Shown here piece by piece: positions 45,726 to 57,544 of a stretch of 64,000 nucleotides of DNA; within the stretch, counting starts at the first letter, position 1; every line of letters starts with the position of its first letter. The notes under the pieces are model-generated. The model did not search any database. It was not told the DNA's origin and saw only the letters and a list, made by a program, of their open reading frames with translations. Made by a program: the position numbers and the translations under genes. Origin of the DNA: an uncultured Chloroflexia bacterium (GTDB lineage: Bacteria; Chloroflexota; Limnocylindria; Limnocylindrales; CSP1-4); the NCBI GenBank assembly GCA_963707215.1, contig CAVPPB010000003.1:1088001-1152000 (forward strand), written 5' to 3'.

Positions 45726-45979
45726 CGCGTGCGCGCCTTCCTGCTGTCGCCGAGCGAGGCCCCTCCGACCCCTCCCGGCCGCGGCTGCTGGCGCGCAGCA
45801 TCGCCGAACGGGTGGGCGGCCAGTGTGCCGAACCGGGCGACTGCCCCAGCCACGTTGACGGCGGTCCACCCGGCGTGCGACCGTCCGAAGGGACCGCTGC
45901 ACCGACCGGCGCAGTCGGCGGGCACGGCGCGGCACCACGGCGTTGGGGCGCGGCGTCGGCCCCCCACAGGAGGCAAGCG

Positions 45980-47365
<1,386 letters not shown>

Positions 47366-47405
47366 TCCTCTCCGTCCGGCCGACGCGATCGGCGCCCGAT
47401 CGCGG

Positions 47406-48644
47406 CTAGTTGAGCTGGCGGACGTCCTTGCGAGTGACGATCATCTCGCGGCGCCCCATCTCGGCGATGAAGGCATCGCGGACGGCCCGATCCAGCAGCT
47501 CCGGGGCGATGACGCCAGGCTCGGCGATCCGCCCGTCGAGGAGGAACTCGGCGTAGATCGAAGCGGGCGTCGAGGTCCCGTACGACACCGACGTGGCGCC
47601 CGGGATCAGCTCGTTGGCGCGCTTGATGTCCGGACCCACGACCGAGTGGTGGATCGTGTGCGGCTTGCCGTCCTTCTCGCCGATGCAGTCGACGAGCTGG
47701 ATGCCGATGTCGAGGATCTCACCCGTAGCAGCCACCTTCGCCAGCTCGTCCGCCGGCGGATTCGGTGGCAGCGTGGCGACGTAGACGTCGATCGGCCGGA
47801 CCCGGGTCCCGTCCCTCAGGGCGACGGGCTCCTTGCTGGCCATGCCGGAGCCCACGAACGCGGCGTCGGCGCGGAGGGAGGCCTCGTCGGTGCCCATCTT
47901 GAAGTCGACGTAGCGGAGCCCCTTGTCGCCGAACCTCTTCGGCAGCAGGCGCGGCAGGGTCGTGACCTCCTCGTGGTCGTGGGCGATGCAGAGCCCGCGA
48001 CCGAACGGCTCGGGGAACTCGTACCACTCCTCCAGGCCGAAGATCTCGACCCGCTTGAACTGCCCGTCCTCGTACAGCAGAGGCGGCTGGGCACAGTCCG
48101 TGTAGTAGGTCTCCTGCGACCAGACCTGGAGCGGCACCGGCGACTCGAAGAGGGCGAAGTCCTTGATCCGGATCTCGGTGCACCGGTCGAGGTCCTCGTA
48201 GGCGTTGGCAGCGAACGTGTTCGTCACGCCCGGGTCCATGCCGGTGCTTTGGAGGGCACACAGCCCGGCGGCCCGGAACTCGGGATCGAGGGCGGACTGC
48301 TCGAGCCAGGCCTCGTCGATCGTCTGGGTCGGCGTCTGGCCCGAGGCCATGTCGAGGTAGTTCGCGCCGGCCTTCAGGCAGGCCCGCATGATCGACATGT
48401 TGAACTGCGGGACCACGGCGTTGACGACCAGGTTGGTGCCGGCGGCGGCCGCGGCGACGGCGTCGGTGTCCGAGGCGTCGATCCTGATCGCCGTCGCCTT
48501 CCCGGCCCCGACCTGTCCGGCCACGAACCGGGCCCGTGCCGCGTCGTAGTCGGCCACCACGATCTCGGTCACGACCGGGCTCCGACCCAGGTTCCAGGTC
48601 AGGACCTGGCCCTGCATGCCTGCGCCGACCACGAGCACCTTCAT
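47406..48644 (-). CDS. Saccharopine dehydrogenase / carboxynorspermidine dehydrogenase family
   Basis: VVGAGMQG, VVNAV, NYLDMA, GMDPGVTN, HEE, GVIAPE. Confidence 0.85.
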   Translation of the reverse strand: MKVLVVGAGMQGQVLTWNLGRSPVVTEIVVADYDAARARFVAGQVGAGKATAIRIDASDTDAVAAAAAGTNLVVNAVVPQFNMSIMRACLKAGANYLDMASGQTPTQTIDEAWLEQSALDPEFRAAGLCALQSTGMDPGVTNTFAANAYEDLDRCTEIRIKDFALFESPVPLQVWSQETYYTDCAQPPLLYEDGQFKRVEIFGLEEWYEFPEPFGRGLCIAHDHEEVTTLPRLLPKRFGDKGLRYVDFKMGTDEASLRADAAFVGSGMASKEPVALRDGTRVRPIDVYVATLPPNPPADELAKVAATGEILDIGIQLVDCIGEKDGKPHTIHHSVVGPDIKRANELIPGATSVSYGTSTPASIYAEFLLDGRIAEPGVIAPELLDRAVRDAFIAEMGRREMIVTRKDVRQLN

Positions 48645-48889
48645 GGATCCGCTCCCCTCACGACGTTCGAGCCTCGCCGACCGGCGGTCGCCGGCTGTCC
48701 CCGGGACACAGGGTGGACCGATGACGGCCCCGCGGAGACCCGCCGATCGTAGGCTCCCGCAGGTCGTCCTGCGACCCACCGGTCCGGCCCGCGGGCCGAC
48801 CGTCCCGACCTGGCCCGCCGCCGGGCGAGCGCTGACAGGCCGGGACGCGCGAGTCCATAGTTGGGGTCCACAGTCACCCGGGAGGGATC

Positions 48890-49027
48890 ATGGCGGACAT
48901 CAAGCTCGGCGCACTCTGCTGGAACCAGTACTCCGACTGGGCGGGCCTCCGCGAGGCGGGCATCCGGGCCGACCGACTCGGCTTCGACACGCTCTGGACC
49001 TGGGATCAGCGGGAAGCTGGGTCGTGA
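48890..49027 (+). pseudogene. Truncated 5' copy of the LLM oxidoreductase gene (45 codons)
   Basis: [20 protein letters not shown]...LWTWD then QREAGS-stop; GGAGGG RBS. Confidence 0.8.
48899..49005 (+). repeat. 107-bp perfect direct repeat, copy 1
   Basis: atcaagctcggc...tggacctggga, identical to 49764-49870 by manual comparison. Confidence 0.92.
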
Positions 49028-49722
49028 CGGAGGCGGAACCGGGTGACCTCAGCGTGCGACGGGCTATCGACGTCCGCTTCCGCGTGACACGACCGGTGCG
49101 TGCGGCGACCCGACGGCTCTGGCTGGAACAGGACCGCCATCCCGGGGACCGGTCTCGGCTCTATCGGGCCATCAGCGAGGAGGTCGCCGCACGGAACATC
49201 CTCTATCCCGGGTCCTACGTCGACGTCGCGGCCTCGTTTGTCTTCCCCAGGGTCACCTACGTGGACGTCGACCGCCGGGCGGCGCAGTTCTTCGGTGACG
49301 TCGAGGGCGTGGCAGAACTGATCGCAGAATGGCCGGACTCACCAGTCGATGCTGAGGTCCGGTTCGTCAACCAGGACTACGCCGAGGGCCTCGGCCTGCC
49401 AGAGGCGTCGTTCGACCTGCTTGTCTCCCTGTACGCCGGGTTTGTCTCGGAGCACTGCACGAAGTACCTTCGGATCGGCGGCACGCTTCTCGTCAACCCG
49501 AGCCACGGGGACGCCGCCTTGGCCTCGATCGATCCCCGCTATCAGCTATCGGGTGTCGTCGTGTCCCACTCGGGCAGGTACTCCGTGCGAACATCAAACC
49601 TCGACCGGTATCTCGTGCCGAAGCGCGACATACAGGTCACGAGCGAGCTCATCCACAGGACTGGCCGCGGGGTCCCCTACACGCGTTCGCCGTTCGCATA
49701 CTTGTTCACGCGGGTCGGCTAG
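49024..49722 (+). CDS. Class I SAM-dependent methyltransferase-like protein
   Basis: ILYPGSYVDV, VTYVDVD, FDLLVSLYAG, LRIGGTLL, SHGDA; more AT-ending codons than neighbouring genes. Confidence 0.7.
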   Translation: MTEAEPGDLSVRRAIDVRFRVTRPVRAATRRLWLEQDRHPGDRSRLYRAISEEVAARNILYPGSYVDVAASFVFPRVTYVDVDRRAAQFFGDVEGVAELIAEWPDSPVDAEVRFVNQDYAEGLGLPEASFDLLVSLYAGFVSEHCTKYLRIGGTLLVNPSHGDAALASIDPRYQLSGVVVSHSGRYSVRTSNLDRYLVPKRDIQVTSELIHRTGRGVPYTRSPFAYLFTRVG

Positions 49723-49754
49723 GCTCCGGCGCGTCACACGACAACGGAGAAACG

Positions 49755-50693
49755 ATGAGCGAAATCAAGCTCGGCGCACTCTGCTGGAACCAGTACTCCG
49801 ACTGGGCGGGCCTCCGCGAGGCGGGCATCCGGGCCGACCGACTCGGCTTCGACACGCTCTGGACCTGGGACCACCTCTACCCCATCGTCGGCGACTCGAA
49901 CGGACCGATGTTCGAGGGCTGGCTGACCCTGGCCGCCTGGGCGGAAGCTACGGCGAACGCCCGGCTCGGTCTCATGGTCGGGGCGAACACCTTCAGGAAC
50001 CCGGCCATGGTGGCCAAGATGGCCACGACGCTCGACCACATCTCGGGCGGGAGGGCCATCGTCGGGATCGGCGGCGCCTGGTTCGAGGAGGAGCACGAGG
50101 CGTTCGGCATCGACTTCGGCTCCGGCTTCCCGGAACGACTGCGCTGGCTCAGCGAGGCCCTGCCGATCATGCGCGGGATGCTCGACGGTACCGAGCCGAC
50201 GGCCAGCGGGCCGCGCTATGCCGCGAAGAGCGTCCGCAACCTGCCGGCCCCGGTCCAGGCGCACCTGCCCATCGTCGTCGGCGGTGGCGGCGAGCAGGTC
50301 ACCCTCAAGCTCGTGGCGAAGTACGCGGACATGAACAACGTCGGAGGCACGATCGACGACGTCCGCCGCAAGGAGGAGGTCCTCCTGCGCCACTGCGAGA
50401 CGGTCGGCCGGGACCCCGCCACGATCGAACGATCCACCGGGCTCGGGGTCGTCATGATCCGCGACGACCGCGAGGAAGCCGAGCGGATCAACCGCGAGGC
50501 CTTCGAGCACAACGGTGGTGCCGAGGTGTGGCGACACCAGAAGATCGGGACGCCCGAGGACGTGGCCGAGCTCATCGCGCCGTTCGTCGAGCTCGGGTAC
50601 CGCCATCTCATCATGGGCGTGCCAGCGCCGTATGACGAGGAGTCCATGAGTCGCCTCGTCACCGAGGTGAAGCCGCTCCTCGAGCGGATCTAG
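49755..50693 (+). CDS. LLM-class (probably F420-dependent) oxidoreductase
   Basis: [47 protein letters not shown]. Confidence 0.9.
   Translation: MSEIKLGALCWNQYSDWAGLREAGIRADRLGFDTLWTWDHLYPIVGDSNGPMFEGWLTLAAWAEATANARLGLMVGANTFRNPAMVAKMATTLDHISGGRAIVGIGGAWFEEEHEAFGIDFGSGFPERLRWLSEALPIMRGMLDGTEPTASGPRYAAKSVRNLPAPVQAHLPIVVGGGGEQVTLKLVAKYADMNNVGGTIDDVRRKEEVLLRHCETVGRDPATIERSTGLGVVMIRDDREEAERINREAFEHNGGAEVWRHQKIGTPEDVAELIAPFVELGYRHLIMGVPAPYDEESMSRLVTEVKPLLERI
49764..49870 (+). repeat. 107-bp perfect direct repeat, copy 2
   Basis: Identical to 48899-49005. Confidence 0.92.
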
Positions 50694-51100
50694 GGCAGGC
50701 GCTCCCAGTCGACCCAGCGCTCGCCGTCCCACCAGCGGTGCCAGACGGCGCCGTCGCGACCCGGCGCGAGGACGTCGAGGCGGTCGGCCGACCACGAGGA
50801 CGCGGCGGGCTGGCCCGCCAGCTCGCCGCCGAGCGATTCCCACGGGTGCCAGGAATCGCCATCCCAGTAGCGGTTCCAGAGCTGCCCATCGTCGAAGACG
50901 CCGAACACCTCGAGCTGGTCGGCAGCCCAGGCAGTCACGGCCGGCGCGAAGGCCAGCGCGCCGCCGAGGTCGCCGACCGCGGTCCACGCGGTGCCGTTCC
51001 AGGAACGGTGTCGGAGACCCCGGTCGGCACCGAGCCAGAACAGGTCGATGCGATCGGGTCCCCAGGAGACGGCCGTCAGGCCGTCGGGCGCGTCGGGCAT
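50690..51100 (-). CDS. Trp-rich lectin-like (PLL/DUF346-type) repeat protein
   Basis: Three repeats: [30 protein letters not shown], with W..LGG; GGGAGG RBS. Confidence 0.75.
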   Translation of the reverse strand: MPDAPDGLTAVSWGPDRIDLFWLGADRGLRHRSWNGTAWTAVGDLGGALAFAPAVTAWAADQLEVFGVFDDGQLWNRYWDGDSWHPWESLGGELAGQPAASSWSADRLDVLAPGRDGAVWHRWWDGERWVDWERLP

Positions 51101-51165
51101 CGGTCGAACCTCCCGGGACCCATGGTCTCCCATCGCGGGTCGCCGGTCCACCGGAGGCCGCCGGC

Positions 51166-51408
51166 TCAGCTCAGCGTCGACTCGGCCGAAGGCCCGTCCA
51201 CGGCCTGTTCGTAGACCGCCCGGGCGACCGAGGCCGCGCCGGCGCTGATCGCCAGCGCACCACGGGCCACGGTCCGGCGGACCCGTCCCGGGCGGGCGAC
51301 GACGACCGGGGCGTTGTGTCGCTCACGGCGCTCGGCGTTGCGGCGGGCCTCGTCGCGATGGCGCTCGCGGACGAGGTCGATGGCGTAGTAGGCGTGGATC
51401 GGCAGCAT
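51166..51408 (-). CDS. Small hypothetical protein (80 aa)
   Basis: [28 protein letters not shown]..; GAGGA RBS. Confidence 0.65.
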   Translation of the reverse strand: MLPIHAYYAIDLVRERHRDEARRNAERRERHNAPVVVARPGRVRRTVARGALAISAGAASVARAVYEQAVDGPSAESTLS

Positions 51409-51466
51409 GGCGGTTCCTCTGCTTTCGCTGCTGAGGCAGCTTGCGCTGCGTTGATGGGTCGAGGTA

Positions 51467-51595
51467 TCAGCGCCGATCGTCGTCGGCGATCGTCGGGCTT
51501 GGGTCGGCGCCCCAGTGGATCGACGCGGCCGCGAGGGCGGCGAGGCCGAGCACAGCGGACGGGACGAGCCCCAGGGACGCGCTCGGGGCTTCCAC
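51467..51595 (-). CDS. Small hydrophobic peptide (42 aa) with a WGAD motif
   Basis: MEAPSASLGLVPSAVLGLAALAAASIHWGADPSPTIADDDRR; GGAGG RBS at about 51603-51607. Confidence 0.6.
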   Translation of the reverse strand: MEAPSASLGLVPSAVLGLAALAAASIHWGADPSPTIADDDRR

Positions 51596-51611
51596 GTCGG
51601 ACCTCCGAGGC

Positions 51612-51692
51612 TAACTGCTTCATACGATTTCAGCGGTTACTAGGGGATGATACGAGGCTTGCACTAACCTGTCAAGTTGTCTATGGTGGTTA
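51612..51692. promoter_or_regulatory. Overlapping divergent promoters with two 28-bp TAAC-N20-GTTA operators
   Basis: Plus: TTGCAC(51659)-N17-TATGGT; minus: TTGACA(51670-75)-N17-TATCAT(51647-52); operators at 51612-51639 and 51665-51692. Confidence 0.75.
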
Positions 51693-51696
51693 TGCC

Positions 51697-52326
51697 ATGA
51701 CCTCCGATGGCCACCGACACGCCGCCACCCTCGACGACACACTCGACTTCGTGAACACGCTCGAGCACACGGCGGACGCCCCGATCGAGCACCTGGGGAC
51801 CCTCGATACCGCCCTGGACTGGCTCGTCTCGCGGGAGCTCCTTCACCCCGATGCCGCCGCCGCCGAGGCACGGTCCGCGGGCCTGGGTCGAGGCGCCGCC
51901 GGGCGCCTGGCTGGCATGCATCGGGTTCGCGATGCCCTGCGCGAGGTCGCCGACGCGGTCGCGGTCGAGCGTCCCGCCGACGCCGAGGCCGTCGAGATCG
52001 TCAACCGGACGCTCCGTGCCCGCGAGGTCGTCGAGCTGGCGCCGTCGGCTGATGGCATCAGCGTCCGCGATCGCGACGCCGTCGATGCCGTGGGCGATGC
52101 CCTCGCCCGGCTCGTCGAACCGCTGGCCGAGACCGTCGTCTCGGGCCGGGCCGACCGCCTGCGGGTCTGCGAGAACGAGACCTGCCGCTGGGTCTTCTTC
52201 GATCGCTCCCGGGCCGGGCGACGGCGCTGGTGCGACATGCGGACCTGCGGCAACCGGGTCAAGGCGAGGCGCCACCGCGAGCGGATCCGCGAGGCACGCG
52301 GCGGCTCGGACGCCGCCCAGGCCTGA
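51697..52326 (+). CDS. ABATE/CGNR zinc-finger regulator
   Basis: LDFVNT, CENETCRWVFFDRSR, RRWCDMRTCGNRVK. Confidence 0.92.
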   Translation: MTSDGHRHAATLDDTLDFVNTLEHTADAPIEHLGTLDTALDWLVSRELLHPDAAAAEARSAGLGRGAAGRLAGMHRVRDALREVADAVAVERPADAEAVEIVNRTLRAREVVELAPSADGISVRDRDAVDAVGDALARLVEPLAETVVSGRADRLRVCENETCRWVFFDRSRAGRRRWCDMRTCGNRVKARRHRERIREARGGSDAAQA

Positions 52327-52409
52327 GCACCGGATGGACCGCCGGTCCCAGGAGCGCGACCACTCGTAGCTGGGTCACCGTTCGCGGAATGCCGGTCGAT
52401 CGGGGTACG

Positions 52410-52682
52410 TCAGCGGCGCACGTAGACGGCGATCGGCTGGCCATGACGGGCGGGCTTCCTGGCAGGCTCCCCCTCGTCCTCGACGATCGGCCTGACCCGC
52501 TCGACGTACAGATCGGCGATGGCGTCCGGCGTCTCCCAGAGGTTGACGGAGGTCACTTCCCCGTCACCGGAGGCCCAGGCGATCGAGGCGAGCAATCCGG
52601 TGGGCGGATCGGAGACGAGGCGGATGCGCTCGTTCCAGCGCTCCCACTCGTCACGAGGTGCGGTGATCGTCTCGACGAACAT
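52410..52682 (-). CDS. Small ABM-like (dimeric alpha/beta barrel) hypothetical protein
   Basis: PPTGLL..SVNLWET..ERVRP; TAGTCT -10 7 nt before the ATG. Confidence 0.6.
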   Translation of the reverse strand: MFVETITAPRDEWERWNERIRLVSDPPTGLLASIAWASGDGEVTSVNLWETPDAIADLYVERVRPIVEDEGEPARKPARHGQPIAVYVRR

Positions 52683-52804
52683 GGGGCAGAGACTAGCGCA
52701 GCCGGCAAGGACAGGGGTCGGGACACGCCGCGATGTCGGACGTCGCGCGTCCCGGACGCGGGGCGTCGAGCCACGTGGCAGCGCCTCCGTCCGGTGGCGG
52801 GCCG

Positions 52805-53254
52805 CTACCCCCCGGGAGTCTGGCTGAAGATGCCGGCGACCACGCTCGCGAGCGTGGTCACGAGCACCGCCCCGATCGGAGCCACGATCGCCCAGACCGG
52901 CAGCGACGTCGGATCGGTCCCGGTCTCCCAGACCGGGGCGACGACGCTCAGGGCGGTGGCGATGCCCCAGGTCGCCGCGACCGCGACGACGAGGCCGATC
53001 CAGAGGGGGCGCCGGCTCGCTGCGCCGCGGAGCTTCGACATCCCCCACAGGTAGCCGATCGAGCCGATCAGGCCCCAGATCCAGGTGAGGAACAGGGCGA
53101 GCGGTAGCCGCTCCTGCTGACTCCCGGATACGAGATCCGGCGACGCCAGGCTGATCACGATGACCGCGACCCAGATGATCGCGAGGCCGGCCAGGGTCCA
53201 GGTCATCCACGAGCGGTCGGCTGTCTCGACGGCTCGAGGCACGTGCTCGGTCAT
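52805..53254 (-). CDS. Hypothetical 4-TM membrane protein
   Basis: Internally repeated PDLVSGS/PVWETGT hairpins; GGAGGG RBS. Confidence 0.75.
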   Translation of the reverse strand: MTEHVPRAVETADRSWMTWTLAGLAIIWVAVIVISLASPDLVSGSQQERLPLALFLTWIWGLIGSIGYLWGMSKLRGAASRRPLWIGLVVAVAATWGIATALSVVAPVWETGTDPTSLPVWAIVAPIGAVLVTTLASVVAGIFSQTPGG

Positions 53255-53568
53255 CTCACCCTCCGAAGCGTGACCCCAAGTATCGACCGCGTGTCGACCG
53301 TGACGACCCAGTCCCAGCCCCGGTGGGTCCGGCACGACCGGAGGCCCCGGCGTGGAGGGGTCGGGCTTCGGATCGCTGGGCGCGGCTGTCCCCGACCGGA
53401 GACGCACCGACCCACCGGGTAAGTCCCGACGAAGACCGGTCACGTAGCGTCCGATCCGGACGTCCCGTCCGCGCCAGAGGTGCCCCTCGCGCGGCGGGTC
53501 GTCCCCAGCCCGGTCCCGTCACCTGCGCTGGCCTGTTCCCGCCGGTCGATCCCGCCGGGGAGATAGCG

Positions 53569-54303
53569 ATGGAACCAGGATCGGCGCCCTGGCGGGTGCT
53601 CGGCACGGCGTCGGAGCCGACCATCGGGCTTGAGCACGAGGGTGACCAGCCGGCGCCCGACGACCGTGGGTCCGGCCCGCGCACGGCGTGGATCGTCGCC
53701 GGCCTCGCCGTCGCCGGAGCGCTCGGCATCGTCGGCTTCGGCCTGTGGGGCTCGGCGCCAGTGGATCCGCTCGGTGGCGCCGACGGGACGGTCGTGGTGG
53801 TGGCGTCCGCCGGCGCAGACGAGGCGGCCGCGGGCGGGACCGCCGCGGGGACGGTCGTGGTGGTGGATGTCGCCGGCGCGGTCCGACGACCGGGCCTCGT
53901 GGAGCTGCCGACGGGAAGCCGCCTGGCCGACGCGATCGCGGCCGCCGGCGGGTACAGCCCCGCCGTCGATCCGACGGCGGTGGTCGGGCTCAACCTCGCC
54001 GCCACGCTCACCGACGGCCAGCAGATCATCGTGCCGACTCGGAGCGCCGCCGGCGGGGCAGGTGCCACGAGCTCCGACCCGGCCGGGCAAGGAGGCGGAG
54101 GCGGCGGGGCAGGTCCCGTCGATCTGAACCGGGCCACGGCCGATCAGCTGGACGCCCTGCCGGGGATCGGGCCGGTCACCACGGAGAAGATCCTCGCCGC
54201 CCGGGCCGAGCGACCGTTCACCACGCTCGAGGAGCTCGTCGCGCGGAAGGTCATCGGGCGGGCGACCATGGAGAAGCTCGACGGCCTCGTCGTGGTCCGC
54301 TGA
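53569..54303 (+). CDS. comEA: Competence DNA receptor ComEA
   Basis: TM, SLBB VVDVAGAVRRPG..NLA..DGQQI, HhH DLNRATADQLDALPGIGP. Confidence 0.93.
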   Translation: MEPGSAPWRVLGTASEPTIGLEHEGDQPAPDDRGSGPRTAWIVAGLAVAGALGIVGFGLWGSAPVDPLGGADGTVVVVASAGADEAAAGGTAAGTVVVVDVAGAVRRPGLVELPTGSRLADAIAAAGGYSPAVDPTAVVGLNLAATLTDGQQIIVPTRSAAGGAGATSSDPAGQGGGGGGAGPVDLNRATADQLDALPGIGPVTTEKILAARAERPFTTLEELVARKVIGRATMEKLDGLVVVR

Positions 54304-54306
54304 CCC

Positions 54307-56860
54307 GTGCCGCGAGCCGGATGGGCCGCCCTCGGTGCCGCGCTCGCCGCGTCGGTCGCCACCGAGGTCGGACGCGGCGCCGCGCTCATGGTCGTGGCGC
54401 TCGCCTTGGTGGCGGGGACGCTGACCGGGACGGCCCCGCGACCGTGGGCGCCGCGCCTGGCGACGTGGCGTGTGGCCGCGGTCGCTACCCTCGCCGGCTC
54501 CATGCTCATCGCCATTCAGCTGGTCGTCGCGCCGCCGGCCAGCGTCCCGGCGTCCGACGTCGTCGGCTCGGAGGGCACCTGGGACGCTGTCGTGACGACC
54601 GTGTCGGCTCCGCTCGACGGCCGGCAGCGGGCGGTCGTCCGGCTCGCCGACGGACGACTCGTCGCGCTCACGGCGCCCCGCTACCCGCAACTGCGGATCA
54701 CCGACCGGATCCACGTCAGCGGTGCGCCCGAATCGCCGCCGGAGGGCCCATACGGCGACCACCTTCGGCGGATCGGCGTGACCGCCACGTTGCGCAGCCG
54801 GACCCTCGAGCGGATCGGCAGCGCCGACGACCCGATGGCCGCGATCGAGTCGATCCGGGCCGGTGCGGATCGCGCCCTGTCGCTGGTCCTGCCCGAGCCC
54901 GAGGCTGGGCTGGCGAGCGGCATCCTGGTCGGCCTCCGCGACCGGGTCGATCGGGAGCTGGCCACCGACTTCACGACCGCCGGCGTCAGCCACGTCGTGG
55001 CGATCTCGGGCTGGAACATCGCCGTGGTCGCCGCCGCCGTGGGCGCTCCCCTGCGGGGCCTCCAGCGGGGACGCCGGGCGCTCGTCATCCTCGTCGTCAT
55101 CGCCGCCTACACGCTGGTCGCCGGGGCGTCGCCATCGGTGGTTCGGGCCGCCCTCATGGCCGGCGTGGCGCTGACGGCCCGGGAGCTCGGGCGACCGGGA
55201 CGGGCCGCGAGCTTCCTGGCGATCGCCGCCCTGGCGATGCTCCTGCTCGATCCGGCCGTCATCTCGGACGCGGGCTTCCGGCTCTCGGTCGCCGCGACCG
55301 CGGGCCTGCTCGTCTGGGCGAGTCCGCTCGCGCGCCGCCTCTCGTCCGCTCGCGGGGTCCGGCTGCCCGGATGGCTGAGCGAGACGCTCGCACTGTCGCT
55401 GGCGGCCCAGCTCGCGACCCTGCCGATCGTGCTCGGCTCGTTCGGGCGCCTCTCACTCGTTGCGCCCCTCGCCAACCTGGTGGTCGCGCCCCTCGTCCCG
55501 CCGGCGATGGCCGCGGGCGTGGTCGCGCTCACGGCAGGGGCGGCCGCCTCGATCGGGATCGGCGGCCCGCTGGCCGCGGCACTCGCCGCGCCTGGGTGGG
55601 CGCTCCTGGCGACGCTGGTCGGATCGGTCCGGGTCCTGGCGGACGTTCCGGCCGCGTCGATCGACCTTGCGCCGCCCCTCGACCTGCTCGCCGCCGGGCT
55701 GGCCGCAGGGTGCGTCGCCCTGGCCCTGCCATCGGTCGCCGGGCGGCTCGGGGCTGCTTGGCGGCGAGGCACGCTCGCCCGGGCGCGCCGACGGCGGATC
55801 GACCAGGACCGCAGCAGTCGCAACCGCCCGGGCCCTGGCGGTCCCGGGGCCGGCGGACCGGGGCGTGGACCCGGCGGACGCCGGACGGGCCTCGCCCTCG
55901 TCACCGTCCTCGTCCTGGCCGTCGTCGGCGGCACGGCCGTCGCTCGGAGCGCCGATGGCGAGGTTCGCGTCGTCGTCCTCGACGTCGGGCAGGGCGATGC
56001 CATCCTCCTCGAGGGCGACCGAGGGGGGCGGTTGCTCGTCGACGGCGGCCCCGACCCGGAGCGGCTGCTCCCCGCGCTCGACGCCCGCGTCCCCCCATGG
56101 GACCGCCATCTCGACGTCGTCCTCGTCTCGCACCCCCACGAGGACCACGTCGGCGGCCTGCCCGCGCTCCTCGAGCGCTACCGCGTGGACCGGGTGCTCG
56201 AGACGGGGATGACCGGACCCGGCCCGGCCGACCGGGCGCTCCGGGACATCCTCGGCACGCAGGGGCGGGCTCCGGAGCGGCTCGGCACCGGTGACAGGAT
56301 CCGCCTCGATTCGGTCGAGCTGCAGGTCCTCTGGCCCGACCGTGCGTCCGTTCCCGAAGTGGCTCCGGACGATGGCTCGGAGGTCAACGACCGGTCGCTG
56401 GTGCTGCTCGGGACGGTCGGGCCGACCCGCTTCCTGCTGACCGGGGACGCCGAGGAGGGCGTGGACCCGGCCCTGCTGGCCCGCGGCCTGCCGCCGGTCG
56501 ACCTCCTCAAGGTCGCCCATCACGGGAGCCGGACCGCCACGAGCGGCACGCTCCTGGCCGCCATCCGACCGCGCCTGGCGATGATCTCGGTCGGCGAGGA
56601 CAACCCCTACGGCCACCCGGCTCCCGAGACCCTCGCGCGGCTCGTCTCGATCGGGGCAACGACGTACCGGACCGACCTCCACGGGACGATCGTGGCGGCC
56701 TTCGACGGCCGAGCCTGGGCCGTGACGACCGAGCGCGACCGGGCAGCTTCGGCCGGGTCGGATCGCAGGTCGGCGACGGAGGCCGGCCGCGGGCTGTGGC
56801 CCGGCCCCGTCAGCCGAGCGTCTGGATCGCTGACAGCCGGGCTCGGCTACCATCGGATCG
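54307..56860 (+). CDS. comEC: Competence channel ComEC/Rec2; end approximate because no in-frame stop occurs before holA
   Basis: AGVSHVVAISGWNI, SVVRAALM, GFRLS, LDVGQGDA, SHPHEDH, LLTGD, KVAHHGS, NPYGHP, RTDLHG. Confidence 0.93.
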
Positions 56861-57544
56861 ATGTCGGTCCCGAGCCGCGCCGAGGCCGCGGCGATCCTCC
56901 GGTCGTTCGATCCGCCGCCGTGGTTCCTGCGTCACTCGCGGGCCGTCGCCGAGGTGGCAGGCTGGCTCGCGGCGCGGGCGGCCGCCAGCGGTCGACCGAT
57001 CGACCGCCCGCTCGTCGAAGCCGCCGCCCTGCTCCACGACATCGACAAGCTCCTCGACCCCGCGGACCCGGTCCGCCGGCTGCCCCACGGAGAGGCGGCC
57101 GCGGCCTGGCTCGACGCCGCCGGGCACCCGGAGCTGGCAGGGGCGATCGCCGCGCACCCGGTCACCCGCCTCGCCGACGGTCCGGCCGCCGACGCATGGC
57201 TGCGCGATGCCTCCCTCGAGGAGCGCGTCGTGGCCTACGCCGACAAGCGCGCGGGGCAGCGCCTCGAGCCGGTCGCCGCTCGCTTCGCTTCCTGGGAGCG
57301 ACGCTACCCGCCGACGGATCGTGGCACGGACGTGACCCCTGCCCGGACCGGCAGCGGCTGGGACTCGGTCACCATCGAGATCGTGCGGGACCGCGTCGGC
57401 AAGCTCGAGCGCGACGTCTGCGCCGCCGCCGCCGTCCGGCCCGAGCAGGTCCGGCGCCTCGCCTGGACCGGGGCGGCCCTCCGGTCGGCGGCGGCCGGCG
57501 ACGGGCCATGGCGACCGGCGCCGGGCACCGAGCCGCATCCATGA
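56861..57544 (+). CDS. HD-domain phosphohydrolase
   Basis: HSRAVA, LLHDIDK, HG, AH, YADKR; TACCAT -10 7 nt before the ATG; ATGA overlap with holA. Confidence 0.85.
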   Translation: MSVPSRAEAAAILRSFDPPPWFLRHSRAVAEVAGWLAARAAASGRPIDRPLVEAAALLHDIDKLLDPADPVRRLPHGEAAAAWLDAAGHPELAGAIAAHPVTRLADGPAADAWLRDASLEERVVAYADKRAGQRLEPVAARFASWERRYPPTDRGTDVTPARTGSGWDSVTIEIVRDRVGKLERDVCAAAAVRPEQVRRLAWTGAALRSAAAGDGPWRPAPGTEPHP

